From positions 34,040,001-34,104,000 of the forward strand of contig CM119371.1 in the NCBI GenBank assembly GCA_051294905.1: a DNA stretch of 64,000 bases, given 5' to 3'. The notes under the pieces were generated by a model. It was not told where the DNA came from. It did no database searches and was given only the letters and a program-made list of their open reading frames with translations. The first letter of the stretch is position 1. Every line of letters starts with the position of its first letter. Both the position numbers and the translations under genes were made by a program. This document shows positions 41,501-56,500 of the stretch, one piece after another. The stretch comes from Botryllus schlosseri (Eukaryota).

Positions 41501-44500
41501 TATAAATGAGATTGGAAATACATATATTTACCAGATTTCCGCCATATTGTAGACTGAATATCATGCAATTGTCACTTTTCGATACCAAATTATGCTTCAA
41601 CACCTTATTCCAATGGCTTCAAACGAGTCAAATACACCAGTCTTTAGGGATATATATCCTGGAGTCGGGTTCTTATTCTGTATATGTATGTAACATTTTC
41701 AATTGCCTTCTTGGGATGGTACACGAGAACAGGGCCCATATCCGACAGTCGTCGAGCATGTCCGCATTCAAGTCGAAATACAAGCAATTTCTTCTAAATC
41801 AATACTAGCCAGTCTTCAGGATTACCGGACCACGACCTAACATCGACCTCGCCCTCCGCCACATGCCACACCATTTTGTCGCTTGCGTCTTATATTCTCT
41901 GCATTACTTTTCATTCAGTGAGCATGCCTCTTATTTACTTCACCTAGGCTAAGGTGGGTGTCTGATCTTAATGGCTACTCCAAGTTGTTTCGACACCCTC
42001 CTATCTCAGTATCGCAGTCTTGTGATGTTTTGAAACGATGAAAATATTAATAAACCTGACTAATCCTACCCTTTGGATATATGACAAGAAGTGTTGGTGT
42101 ATTTCGCCCATTGGAATGGATGTGAAGGTAGAATTGTGTACCAGAAAGTGCCGTAGACCTTACGCTATGGTGGAAATCCGTGACGTACACAATCTCCGTG
42201 CACAGTGCATGGTGATTAATATTGTATGTAAAACAGCAGTCATTACAATAGAACCAGTCGTGCATATCGTTCGATGATGGATGCTTTTAAATATTCAATG
42301 GAATTACACCGCAAAAATGTTTATTATTTTTACTAGTATATATGGAGTGTGCATAACTGCCATCCATCTTAAAGGAGTGTACCCACCATTGGCGCTGTTT
42401 CGCATCTTTATGATGGCACAGCCCATTAAAAATCATGTCGCCCCAGTTGAACCATATCCGAGTCGCGCGCCAGTGTTCAAAACCGTTATTAGCGGGGAAA
42501 CCGCGGAGCGCTTTCGGTGTTTTCAGATTGAAGTGAGATTAACTTTGCGGACCGTGAAAAGGGCGGTATTTCAACGAGGGCAATAGACTCTGCGAGGCCA
42601 ATGTTTTGGGTCACGATAGGCGCATTAAAAATAAACCCACAATTCCATTCTCGACGCGGCGATTATTTTTAGTTGCGTATAGATAAAAGGCGACGGTTGT
42701 ATTGGTCGCGGGACCCTACGAATCGCCCAGGAACTAGTTGCTAAGCTAACATCGCACGGACTGCAGTATTAGATTGCATATAACTATAATATATTTCAAT
42801 ATTATATTCATATTGGAATATAATCGAATATTTTCGACTTACATTCGTCATCGGTAATCTTCAGAACCGAGTAGAGAATTGAACAAAACATAGTATATTT
42901 CAATTTGAATGTAGTATTCGATTGTATAATGAAGTTCGGCACCTCCAAGAGTATCGGAAGCTAAAATATACGCTGCTTGTACAGAGTATAGATGCCATTG
43001 TCAAATTAGTGCATTGGATGGCCAAGATTGCATAGACAGGATGTTTATTCTTGTTTTTGTTGTTTTGGTATTCATGGTGATTGGACTACATTCGTCATTT
43101 TACATCATACGGATATTCTTTATCACCATTCTTGATCTGTCGAATTATATCATGGCCCTCGTTCGCTCTTGGCGGGGTAAAAGCGGTATCCTTGGAAGCC
43201 TATAACGAAATTGGGGCTTGCTATAAGTCGGAAGATCAGGGATCACGATAAAGCATATCGCCCTGATATCAAATCACCAATATAGAGGTTTAGCCTCATA
43301 GTTTTTATGTCTAAATAGGCGAGTCTGCCTTTAAAGCGCGATAGATTTAGGAGAAAGCAGAAGCGTTAAAAGAGCAGTCTCAGGGCGAGATTTATTTATC
43401 TGAACTTCAACTACCATCCTCACTGTCACAATATATATAATATATATGCATATTATGGTTTTCCAGCTCAATTAGAGACACCATACAGTATAATTATAAC
43501 GAATACGAAAGCAAGTTGTGTTTGAGGACCAGATAACTTTCCACATTGGGTAATTGAATCCCCACTTCAGAGAGGAAAGATGAATTCTTTGCAACAGCAA
43601 AATCAAAAATTTGTAGTTTCATACGGGACCTGCCATTGCGTGGTAGAATATGGACGCGCACCGCGCACGTGATCAAATACCGCACGCTCCCACGCACCGA
43701 GATAGCGAACCTCTTACGGCATTGTAGAACGATAACAGGGTATAAAATCAGTTGCCCTTCACACAAGACTTTGTGTCCACGCTTGTTCGCTTATCCCCCA
43801 TGTCAATATTTGACCAAGGAAAAGTGCGTGACGCTCTTAGGACGAATTTCAACAGCCCCGCGCATAAGTACCTTTCACCATAACTGAAATACCGGCTAGA
43901 TACGATTACTATTCGAAAATCGGTGTGATGCTAGATAAAATAACATTCCACAGTCTTTGAAGAATATATATTAGAACGTTTCATGTTTAGAACACAGGTC
44001 AATAAAGACTGTGTCCCAAATGTGGTCTATAAACATAGTAGGTTCGGGTCCTCGAAAATGGCACTCCTCGTTACAGCGGCAGTGATTGACTATACCCCAT
44101 CGGCAACATGGATATAAAGAAGAAATTATAATGTTTGGCATTCTCCTTGACTATTTATGTTGTGGTGAATGGTTTTGGAGACGCTAGGACTTGTAAAAAC
44201 GCATAAGATAACCTTCATACCACGAGTATGATATGCACTTGAAGAATACGCGCCGCCAACGTGACTCCAACACTTACCAGCCGACCTATTACCACAACAA
44301 CCATAACCAAAAAAGAGTTCCGAATGGAGACAAAGTGTAAAAAATTCATGCCCGTGACCACAGAATATATGTAACGCCAATTTTGTTTCGTTAAATTCGA
44401 CTTGACTTTGAAGGAGATATACTTTTCGGAAACGCAAAATTGAAGGATCGACTTGGCGGCACGCCCAAACACGTTCCCAGTCGCATTTTTGTTAAAACAA

Positions 44501-47500
44501 CAATTTGATTAATGTTAGTAGCACCCACTCCCGCTTCGACAGGAAATATATGAAGTATCCTCTAAACAAGCGCAAGGATTCGGCTAAGTAAATGCGGGTC
44601 GTTTACTATCACAGGGGCTATTTGTGGCTCCAATGTATAGTCCAATCCACACAGAAGCAGCAATTTGAACCACAACCAGATACCTTCTTTTATCAGAAGC
44701 GAACAATGTATGGTGGCATTAAAATGCTCAAGTCGCCGGTTTGTTGACATTAAAAGGTTCTGAATATCTTGAAGTAGTCTAATAATTATAATTGGTTTTT
44801 GAAATTGTGTATCTTCTATATTGCATATTTCTTTTTTACTGCAACAGCATGTTGCAATGTTGCTGCATAATTAAGGATTTTCCTCCCTATAACCAGCTAT
44901 TAATGTGGAAGTTGTTCCCAACTTTCAAAATCTCCAGACGTGTACTGTATTGTGCCTTCTTTTGCATAGTGATGAAATGGTACATCGACATCATTCGATC
45001 CATATATGGGCGGAAAATAGTTACTTCACAAATTTCCACAAAGCCATCGGCATTTTGGGGTACGCAATGTTGGTTTCACGCCCATTCCAATGGGAGAAAC
45101 GAATCAGATACCAAAATTCGTATGGATATATGATATTCCAAAGGTGTAGCGGATTTTGTTTGCGTGTAACACCTTTTAGCGCTTTTCTGAAAAGGTATAT
45201 GAAAACAGAAGCTACTCTACCCCAAAGATATATCTTCATAACGATTGGTGGAATGACTTCTGTACCTTGTGACTACTAACAAGCGTGCACTCGGTAAATA
45301 TAGACAGCAGCCCTATATTCGTAACATAGTTCGTAAAAGCGACAATCTCCCTGACGTGACATGAATATCTGTCAATGTAGTCACACCTACATCTTGATTA
45401 TCGGTATTATTACAACTATACCATTGTATGGACGAGAGGAGAGGCTGTATCTAAAATGGAACATGTCAAAACATCTATCACTGCCTGCACCGTTTTGGCT
45501 AAAGAGAATCGCATTCGGTGACTTTGAATCTGAAGGGATAACAGTTCTTCATGGTGATCCAGATCCTCGTCGATCACCAGCAATACAACAGTCATATACA
45601 GTTAGAATCTTCAATGTACACTGTACAGTGTACAATCTGTACATGAACATGTAGGCCTACATGGTCAAGCTGTACGCAATAGATATCCGTGCAATGACGC
45701 AGCACAATCTTCTGGTTAGAACGAGCTGTTTGATTACATTGTCATCGCGGGTGTTCACTGTTCATTCAGCATAGTCACAACACCCTTGTTATATGAGCTG
45801 GGTAATATATACAAGCTATTTCGTGTATGAAAGCACTAACTCTGTGTTCAATATCCATATTTTATCTTAGTTAGTGCATTTAATATTTAATTTCTTACAC
45901 ATGTTTCGTTTTACTCCTTCACAAATGCAAGTCATGACAGCCTGCAACAAACATATAACATCCAATGTCAATTATAATCATGCAACGAGACAAAGTTACT
46001 TATACGAACCAGTACGTAAAATATCATGTCCCGCGTGTTTGCCGACATTATTGCTGAAGCAGCTTATCTTTTATTTAGTTTGGTGACGTGTCGGGGTCTA
46101 TCGTTTTCCGATATCTTGAGAATCCACAGCCCCGCGATATTTGCCTTGTCGCAAATTTCGATACATAGTCCAAGTGTCTGGAAGTCGTTAAATATGACAC
46201 GGTGATTTGTGATCAGACGCGTGTGGTCTGCAACCATAGTTCAGCGACTCGTAGAGTAACAGTTTTATTCAAGAAATATATCTCAAATAAGCCTTCGTTA
46301 AACTATAATACTATAGATACCAATCGAATATAAGTGATCTGGTTCTATACCAATACCGAGAAAACCATTACCGAGAACGGACATTACCGAGAACGCACAT
46401 TACCGAGAACGGACATTACCGAGAACGCACATTACCGAGAACGCTATTACCGAGAATGGACATTACCGAGAATGGACACCACAGAGAATGGACATTACCG
46501 AGAATTGACGCCACAGAGAATGGACATTACCGAGAATTGAAAACACCGAGAATGGACATTACCGAGAATTGACACCACCGAGAATGGACATTACCGAGAA
46601 TGACACCACCGAGAATGGACATTACCGAGAATTGACACCACCAAGAATGGTTTTCTCGGTATTGACCGACACCAAGTGATCTAGCCTATATTCAACAATA
46701 CATGTAATACTAGTGATAAGTGACTATAATATTCATCATGATTTTATTATTTTATCGATCCACGATACCAAAATATAGATGTCAGCTTAGGAACATCAAA
46801 ACATGAGGCATGCTCATTGCTCATTGAAGAAAAAACAGTCACTTGCGAATCCGTTATCTTATCAATCACCAATGTACGAATTCAGTCTGATGATCAATTC
46901 TCGCTAATGATGACCCGAGGCCTACGATACCACTACTACCTACGATCGTAGGCCCCGGATGACCCGCCATAACCGCTAACCATCGTTTGCGGAATAAGCT
47001 TATTCACGTCTCGATAGCACTGGGCGAGACAAGCCCCACATGATGACGGTTCATCCACCAACGTTGGTATAAGCTTGGTCACGACATTATGGTCGTCCGA
47101 TTCCATCCTAAAAGCTACGTATGCCACCCATTACGTGTTTATTTATCCTCCTGGTACGCTCCATTACGACTGACGAATGGCATCACCGAGAATTTGTATC
47201 CACGCTGCGGGACAGTAATGATTTTAACTTTTTCACGGGTCAGCTCCGCGCACGTTCTGAGTGCACCTCGGTCGAAACGGCACGCTTTGAATTGTGATTG
47301 GAAATTTGACTTTATAGTCACTTTCAGATAAAATCAGTGCCCCTATACAGCCTATATGTCTCTGTGGAATTGTTGACTGAACTTTGGTGATCGTGCCAAA
47401 TATGTTCAACAAGCGAGAAGACATTTAAACCTAACAATGGACGTACCGACGTAGTTTATAAGTCTGTCATGTGTTATTATTGATCGCTTCGACAGTGCAA

Positions 47501-50500
47501 ATATAAAACAATGGGTAGAACTACGGGGTTAATCGTGATTGTTTCGTTATTTCGGGTATATGGCGCATCGATCAGCGGTTTTACGCATAATAGCATTCCA
47601 CGAATGGTTATAGTTCGGTGCCCTTTTCAAAATCACGCATTGATTCTTATTCTCAGCAGTCAACACTCTTGCACGACACAGAGGCACCCGGCGCACCTTA
47701 AGTTTAAAATCACAAAGGCTCTCGTTAGATGTCACACGAATGCGTTGTTATTCTTGCCCGGTTTTCGTCAGCTCATTAGCGATACCTGTTTCGAACTGAA
47801 ACCGGCTGGCATTGACGAGATGTAATCGCGTCACACCGTTGTGTTTACGTTATCACATGTACAAGTTGTTTATGGAAGCGTCCAAATTGTTTGCACAGCG
47901 AAGGTAATAAGGACATGGTGGGAAACGGTAGGAGTTAATCGTGTTCCACTGCGCAATAAGTGTCGCAGTTTCAAAGGGACATTGTACGGTTGCGTGTTCT
48001 ATGGCATAAATCAACATCGAATCATTCGTCCCACCATACAAGGTCATGTTTTCGAACACGTGTCGGTTCCTACGCAGTTATAGGGATGCTGAATAATGAA
48101 GCTTTTTTCGATGTCTATAGTTCCGTTCCTACTCTGAATCTCAGCTACTTTAGACACATTACTCTCTTCACGAATTGGTTTTATTTAAATTACGGTGTCT
48201 CAGTAAATGAATTGTCTGTATGCAGCTCAAATCTGGCAACATTTCATCTGAAGCCAGAATCAGACTCTCCAAACCGGCCTATGCTTAACATGTATTGTTT
48301 TTGATAGGGCGTCCGTAAAATTACCCAAGAAATGCACCGAACACCGAAGGTCTGAGGTTCCGTAAGACATAATTGCACTTTATTCAGGGATAAGGTATAG
48401 CTTGATCAATCATTTGCATAATTTGTGTATTGAAGGATATTATTGAGCTCAAATTAAATTATAATCAAACCTATTTCTGCCCGAATATACTTTGTCATTT
48501 TATCAGCTCAGTACAGCAATGTAAGATGCGATGTAATGACCAAATAGGAGGATGTCGAAACGACCATACGCGGTATACTGATCTAATACCCAATTACTAA
48601 AGGCACTAGCTTCAAGAAGAAGAATTGTTTGGGGTTTCACATACGTTTAGCAGTGAATCAGAAATGGCAAGATGCATCTCGGCGATAATCGCAACAAGAT
48701 TATTGACACTCAACATAGTAGCAATCTTCGAATATATATACTCTTACATAGTTCTTTCACTCATAATAGTGATGCAGACTTATCTCAAACTACTTCATAC
48801 TTTTCAAAACATAAAGAGCAAAATGTGAGTGAATTGGCCTTCATTATGTTACGTAGAAATGGAAGTTTAGTCCAAAAAACATAGCCAGCTGAGATAGTAG
48901 TACAAGTATAGTCAAAACGTACTTCAGTACTCCCAAGATGTCGAAGTAGGCCAACTTCGTTAGTGTCAAAGTGACCACCTCTGATCGCCATTGTCCCAAT
49001 AAATCCGTAAAAAGCATAAACGTAGTCGTAACTACACCAGATGCCGTTCACTCGTAATAAACTTTAACTGGCATCCGCCCGTCCGGCGCCAGATAAATGG
49101 CCGTGACGGTTCACTCTTCCTCGGCCAGTTTTACGGCGGCCAAGACAGCAAACAATTCGCGGGCGACCAAATCCTTCGCGAATTTCGTGTCACAGTGAAG
49201 AGATATATATTCAATGTGACGCAATAATTCATTCGGACGACTTGACGACCGCGTCGTAAAATTGGTAGCCATGAAATATCTACCGTTCCCGGTATTCGAG
49301 CAATGCTACGTTGACATTACTAGTGGGAAAAACCATTTTCTCTTTAACGTTGTGTTTACCAACATCGATTTAAGACCAGTAAATGTATCATATGACTGTA
49401 AGGGAATATTGAAATTAGCATTGTGGTTGACTAACCCCGTGACAATTCAAATTTTATGAAGTCATACAATGAATTTAATCAAATCGTACAAACAGGTTAA
49501 TTAGGTATCTACCAAGGGTCTATGTTGAGACATCTTATTGACCCAAACCTTCGAATTCAATAGAGTACATGAAGCATTCGTAAATAACATGCCGATGATA
49601 TGCACTATGCAGTCAGTTGGATACACTCTCTATAAGTACACAACATGTTTTGAATCCAATACAGAGCATTTCAAATACATTCCGCGGGGATTGAACGCAG
49701 TATTGTTTTCTTAACATGTCTAGAGCAGTGGTTTTAACCGCGGTCCACACGAACAGTAAGGGTTCCCTGACCCAGTCGCGGGGGTTCTCGGTAGGTCGAG
49801 GCTCGCACAGCAGAAGTCACACTGGAGTGCAGTAAATATGCATTATAATCTTTATGTTCGTGTGAAAATCATGGTTTTGTTTTAATAACACTATTGCTCT
49901 CTGCACACTACTGTTCATCAGGGCTCTTCAAAAATGACTTTTTTTCTCAAATCGTACTGGCTACTTGATAAAATTGTTAGGTTACCTAATTTAAGCCTGC
50001 GCAAAAAATTTGGTTCAAATCGAGCCAGTACCCGCTTTGCTACAGGAGAAGAAAGTTTCTATTTATTAAGTAAAATTAAATAATAAAAAAATTGAAAATT
50101 TTCTGTTCACCCCATGAAAGTGTTAGGCTGTCTATAGAAACGATGCTCACCAAATTTGGTTCAATTCCAACCAGTGGAAGCGGAGTTATTGCCGTCGAAA
50201 AATTTTGATTTGAATAAAATAGTATTTACGGTGACCGATTCTTTGTTTATTTATTATAATTGTGCTCACCGTAAATACTATTTTACTCAAATCAAAATTT
50301 TTCGACGACAATAACTCCGCTTCCACGGGTTGGAATTGAACCAAATTTGGTGAGCATCGTTTCTATAGACAGCCTAACACTTTCACAGTGTGAACAGAAA
50401 ATTGAAATAAAAATTATTATTTAATTTTATATAATAAATTTAAACTTTCTTCTCCTGTAGCAAAGCGGTTACTAGCTGGAATTGAACCAAATTTTGTGTG

Positions 50501-53500
50501 TAGGCTTAAATTAGATAACCTAACAATTTTATCAAGTAGCCAGTACGATTTGAGAAAAAAAGTCATTTTTGAAGAACCCTACTGTTTATTTATCACTATG
50601 CAGTTCATTTTGTGAACAGGTGTTCTATAGTAATGTGTGATGTAGTAGATTTTTGTTTTTGTGAAGATTAGAGGTTCACAGAGAGCTTGCAGATTAGTTC
50701 AAGGTTCCGCCAGATTAGTAAAGATGAAGAACCACTGGTCTAGAATCCCGCAGATCTGAACCTTTGAAATAAAATATTGAACACAGAGATAACATACTTA
50801 TATCTTAATATAGCATGAATCGAATTCGTTACCAAACATTCTAAAGACATCTCACCTATAGTCTATTACTTAATTACACAAGAGCTATCCTTGTTATGGA
50901 CGTCCTGTTATGTCGATACCTGAACCAGCAGGCTATTGTGATTCCTCCAGGCCGGCGCCGCATTGCTTTGAGTTCCCAGCACAACATGAAAACCAATTCA
51001 ATTCCGCCATTGTACCCATGAACCCGCAAAGTCCATTAACGCACCCGATATTGGAACATCATGCCGCCGTTGTAACATCGAGCTATCAGCAACAGGACGC
51101 CATTTCCTATGAGAACCTCTATCAAAAGGCGTGTGACGTCACAAAAGAGTCCGGTTACGCCACCCGGATATTATTGCTGTAACACGAACTTTGAACTCCA
51201 AGATTCACCCGCCTGGCGGCCACCAGGCTTACAAAGGATGTCGGATTGTTTGGTCACAACCGAAATCATCAATGCCCGACACGGCCGACAGTGATTACCG
51301 AATGCGATGAGACCACAGCTGGTGCTTGACTCGTTATGAGGTCTTCTTTCAACGGCCTGTGTGCGTCTTGGTGTTTGTTAACAGATAACGTAAATGATTG
51401 GAGACGAGCCAAGTTTCAACTTCAAGTTTGTGCGAACGGTGCAATTCGACCGAGTTAACCTTGCGATGTAATTCGAAGCTTCCTAAATGCCATTCAACTT
51501 GTCAGCTGCGTTCGGATGGCGTAACATGATATTGTAATCGAAGTGTATACCTTGGTCGCATCATGCAGTAAGGTGGTCTCGACAGAGTAAAGTGTGTAAA
51601 AGTGTTCATGGTGTGCAATCAATGCTTTTCATGCCGTATTCTACCATGTTTGAAATAATGCTATTGTCATAGCCATGCCCGATTACTTTTTCTATCAGAG
51701 TTACTAAATAGCCAGCAGATATCCTCAGCAGTAGTTTGTCTCGGTATGCGGACTTGGCGCCCGAAATGCAATAAAATACATCAGTGTTAATACAAAATCC
51801 ACGCAATATTCAGATCGTACGTAACCGCTTCAAATCTGATTGTTATTGTGGAACACATTGTCAACGCTTTACACTTGCATTGTAATTTCTCTCCGCAACA
51901 AACTCATGCTCTGATATCTAGGCTAGCTTGTGGACCAAGGACGCAGATTGTAATGTTTTATGGAACGAATGTCTTTGGATCCTGTGTCATGATTTCGAAG
52001 TTGCAGCTTAACTTTGGCAATACCGGACGGCAGCAAGGATTAAACTCGCCTAAATTATAATTACAAGCTGTCCGTGTCCATCAATTAACAGCCCTCCGAA
52101 GTCGTGCAATGCAATGCAACCCAACCTTGGACAAATCCACTCATGTGGTCGGCTCGAGATATACGTTACATTATCAGCTTTTTTTCTATTTGCTTGTCAA
52201 ATGAAACTGGGGGTCTTGCAAATACTGTCGGAATGTGACCTGTCGGATGTTATCTTGCTACGTTGATTGAGACTCGTCTGGTTTCTTTATGAAGTCCGCG
52301 CGTTCAGTTTCGGAATCGCAAATACGTGACTTCTCAACGGTAACGTGGAGCTCTTCAACATCTGAGATGATAGACGACTGCGAACCCTTCAACATCTTCA
52401 AGAATTTGTAAACACTTCAACTCTCAGAGGAGATTGATTGTTCTCTGCTCCTGTCACGCTAAACGTGACGCTGTTGATGTTATGACGTCATACTAAACTT
52501 CTGACGTATGAATTCATGGCCGATATATAAAACGTGGTTACGTTGTGACATCAAGATATAAGATTCAAGTCATATGCATCAGCTTCACAAACATAATCTT
52601 TGGTTAGAAGCCATCACATACACATATTTGTGTCTGAGCACCCGGAAACGGTAATGGATCAGTTTATTTTCGTTTCGCGTTTTCTTCCTACTCAGTGCTC
52701 AATTTCAAGCCCCACCCGCCCTGTGTTCTATTGATTACTATGTTAAAGCAAGCTCCGCTCTTACCGCATAATGACACCGAGAAGCAAGCACATCTATTTT
52801 AGCCTTCAGGTTTGTTTCAAAATCAATCGCGAAACCGGAAATGATATGTAATTGAGAGATCCCGGGATTTTGTCAACTGATTTGTGTGGTTCGATTGCAA
52901 ATACGGAACTGATGGTGTTTGGGGATAACAATCAGCTGGTTTTTCCTGTCTGTTAACGAAATGTCACGAATTCCTTGCAATGTTGGCGCTGGTATTTGTA
53001 ATACTGAAAGATTAGTGAAATTGTCGTGGACTGGTATTTTGCTAACAATGGAATACACACTTCAAAAACCTATCTTGGAATAGGTTCTATCTGAATTCAC
53101 GAATACGTGTACTGAAATAAAACCCTACTGCCACGTGTGGATCTTGCGTTAGTACATGGCTACCGTATGTAATAGCGACACGGGAGACTGAAGATTGATC
53201 GGCACAAGCGACTGCCCTTACCGGTAATTTTATACAACGCGGGACACTTTCACGCAAATACAGGCGACCTTGATATTATTCATGGCTTAACCATCCATTT
53301 CAAGGTCACCAGTGGAGTGTTTCGTTGCGAAATTAGCTCGATTCCAAGCGATGATTACTTTCGATATGGCAGCGTCAAACTCTGTACAAAATTTGTTGAA
53401 CACGCATCTTATGCAGTCTGTATTTTCGCCACGGATTTACATGCAGTATAACGGATTTTAAATAGCGATTAACTCGCACAATATGTTGCATTTTTATACA

Positions 53501-56500
53501 TGGATTTACAAGCAATAGGTCGCATTTATGAATATCAGGAGTATACACATTGTATTGAATTTGTGAACATCATGAATTTACCGATGATATGTCGATTTTT
53601 GAACATGTTATTGAAAGCCTTTTTAGCATCTTGATCGAATATTGCTGATCCGAATTTGTGACCATTTGGACTTAGCCCGAATAGCGTAATAGTGCCTTCT
53701 GAATCTCCGATTCCATGCAATCGTTATTAATTTGCATGTAATATGGTAGGAGTTGAGATGCGATAAAAGGAGTGGAAAACCTGTGTTGTTGTTATGGAGG
53801 AGGTTATAGTCTTCACCACGACGTATCGCACTTCCCATTAAAACAGCATGTTCGATAATGATATAATTGACGTGAGCATGACCACGATGTTTGCGTCAGA
53901 TTATAGTTCATATTCACAGGAAACGGTTAGTCTTGCACATACGATCATTGGCAATTTGTCTGTATTCGGGAGTGCCCGCGAGAGTGTGTAGTGTATGGCA
54001 AACAAACTGTCTAACCCCTAACAGCTATTATTGAAGATTATTTCCAGAAGCCGAGGTCAGCAACCTTAGGTATTGCTAGAAGCTATTTTTTGTTTTCGGA
54101 GCTATTTCTGTGATATTAGGGTGTTTCTTAATTACGGACAACACGTTAGGTCATTCGAATGAACATGCCAAATGTCGGAGTGCTGCATGACATTATAGGG
54201 TAAGATATGATATTTTATTCGAAAGAAAAGAAAATCGTTTCCAATGCCTTAAAGAATATCAATAAGCGATTATTAACCTGCTACATTGGTTCGATTATAA
54301 ATAAAGAAAACATGCAACCTTTTACAGCAAAGATGTATGCCACGATTATTGCTCATTTGTGCTTATAGTATTATCATGAAACACGAAACCTTCAAATGGC
54401 AGGTTTATTTTCACACCACATGGGATACCCAGCGATTGTAATTAATGAAATACATGACCTGCAACACTATAGCAGTATAGCAAATCTATTTTAACCGCCC
54501 TGGCACAAGATAGATGTCAAGATCGAAAACGGTAACGGCATAGTAAGCTGTAGTGTAGCTGTGTGACCCTGATTACGTCATTTGTATTTGTGATCTAATC
54601 TACAATCTTATCTCTTTTTGCAGAAGTAAGAAGCTGCTCCGTTGCTAACCCAGGTAAGAAAACCGTTTGCATTATTCGAGAATCACTTCATATACCGAAT
54701 ATACGCTTGGTACCGCGGATTCGCATTTGCTTGCAAGTCACTTTTTACAGCTAACATGAAATGATTGTGGTTCATTCGGTGTATTAACTAGTATGGACGC
54801 GACTCGAACAGTCAGTCAGTCAGTGTTTTACATCGCATCATTTTATTGAAGGGATTGTCTCGCTTGAGTCGCATCGTTCAATGTAAGCACGGGCTTCGAA
54901 AATGGAATTGCCGACAAACTTTCACACTATAGGTTTTATGATGGCAATCTCACTGATGATCACGTGATGATAAATAAATCTAACACTATATACGTTCCAA
55001 TGTGCAAAACAGCAAGTAGATGTGCCCGAAGATCCCTAAGTCGACGTGAAAGTAGTCGACACACTTGAGCCACTTTAGTGCAAGTATAGGGTAAATCCAA
55101 ATGACTACTCCACAAACGTAGTACACCGTTACTGACCAGCGTCACATGTGACCAATACTAAAATCGATCCTAATCGGCGAAATTTTGAATTATCGTAACA
55201 GCAAAGCAACCCATTAGTGCGTTCGTGTACCGTCTTGTTCACCGGAAATGTGGGTTTCGCACGCTCGGCTTCAATTAGCGACAACTTATCATTATTTTAG
55301 GCATCCCTATTTCCGGTATTGAGCTGTTACGCGGTTGGGCGTTCCGTCGATAAGAAGGCTTACACTGGAATCCTATCAAAACTCGATTACACCAATTGGC
55401 GACCGCTTTGAAACGCGTGTTCCTTCAGAACTTGTAAACGGGTCTAATTGCCAAAAATAGACGGCTTGTTTCTTCTAAAGACAAGCCGCAGCGCACCTAC
55501 AGATGGCTTTAATCCCCTAAAATTGCCGAAAATCATGTTTTGCGTCGCGTCGCATTCACTCATGGCTAGCAAGCTGCGTTCGGCGATTTCTCCGACAAAT
55601 TCGGATGTTTTCAAGTCGTTTTAGGGCGGAGAAAATTAGATTATAGTTTGACCACAGAAACGTTTTAGCATTTTGAACGCCGCCACGATTGAATGAAAAC
55701 GAGTGTATTGAATACGTATCCAGTTCCGGATTTCCGCCGAAATACAAATCTAAATATGAATAGCTGTTTTGAGGTACAGAACTTCAAATTAATAATATAG
55801 TCATATCGAAAGAAATCCAAATATTTTCGGCAGACACGAGTCAAGGGTATTCGTCAACAACAAGTCGAGAATTGGAATAAACTTTGTAAGATTGTATATC
55901 ATTGAACATGGTAAATCTAAATCTCCAATCTACAAAAACTTATTTGAGTACTCTGAAACCTTTACTACGATCAAGACAAACCTACATGTTGACTCCGAAA
56001 AAGGAGAAGTATTTCGTTACGACCACCTCTGGGTAGGATTAGGACCTAATCATTAGGCGATACATTCATTCATATATTTACATTCCAAGTGCGTGCTATA
56101 GCTCGACGCACTGTGAGACATGAATTGAATGAAACACGCATGCCCTCCATTTAAAAGAGCTGTTCCGAACGCGTATTTCACAAGTTGATGTCGTCAATGA
56201 TAGGAAATATCAGCCTCACGTATTCATTGCACTAGACCAGGGGTTCTCAAAGGGTGGGCCACAGAGCATTTTGAGGTGGGCCACAGAGCCATTTAGAAAA
56301 TTTCAGAATTGATGTGAGTTCAGTTATATTTCTTTATGTTATTCGCTAAAATTATAGGCCTATTCGTATCAGCTAATTATACGTAGGCTACATATAGCTT
56401 TTCGTCCGACTCTGATTAGACATAGTGGCACGCATGAAGTCAGCATATACAAATCGAAAACGTTAAGGAGAAACGGTGGCTTTTTCTACTGGCTATGACA

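Noticed and set aside
46350..46650. CRISPR-like repeat array
   Set aside because: There are no unique spacers and no cas genes; it is a tandem repeat within a TIR element.
50910..51294. Possible nested gene in the sFRP intron
   Set aside because: There is no recognisable domain or consistent splice structure.
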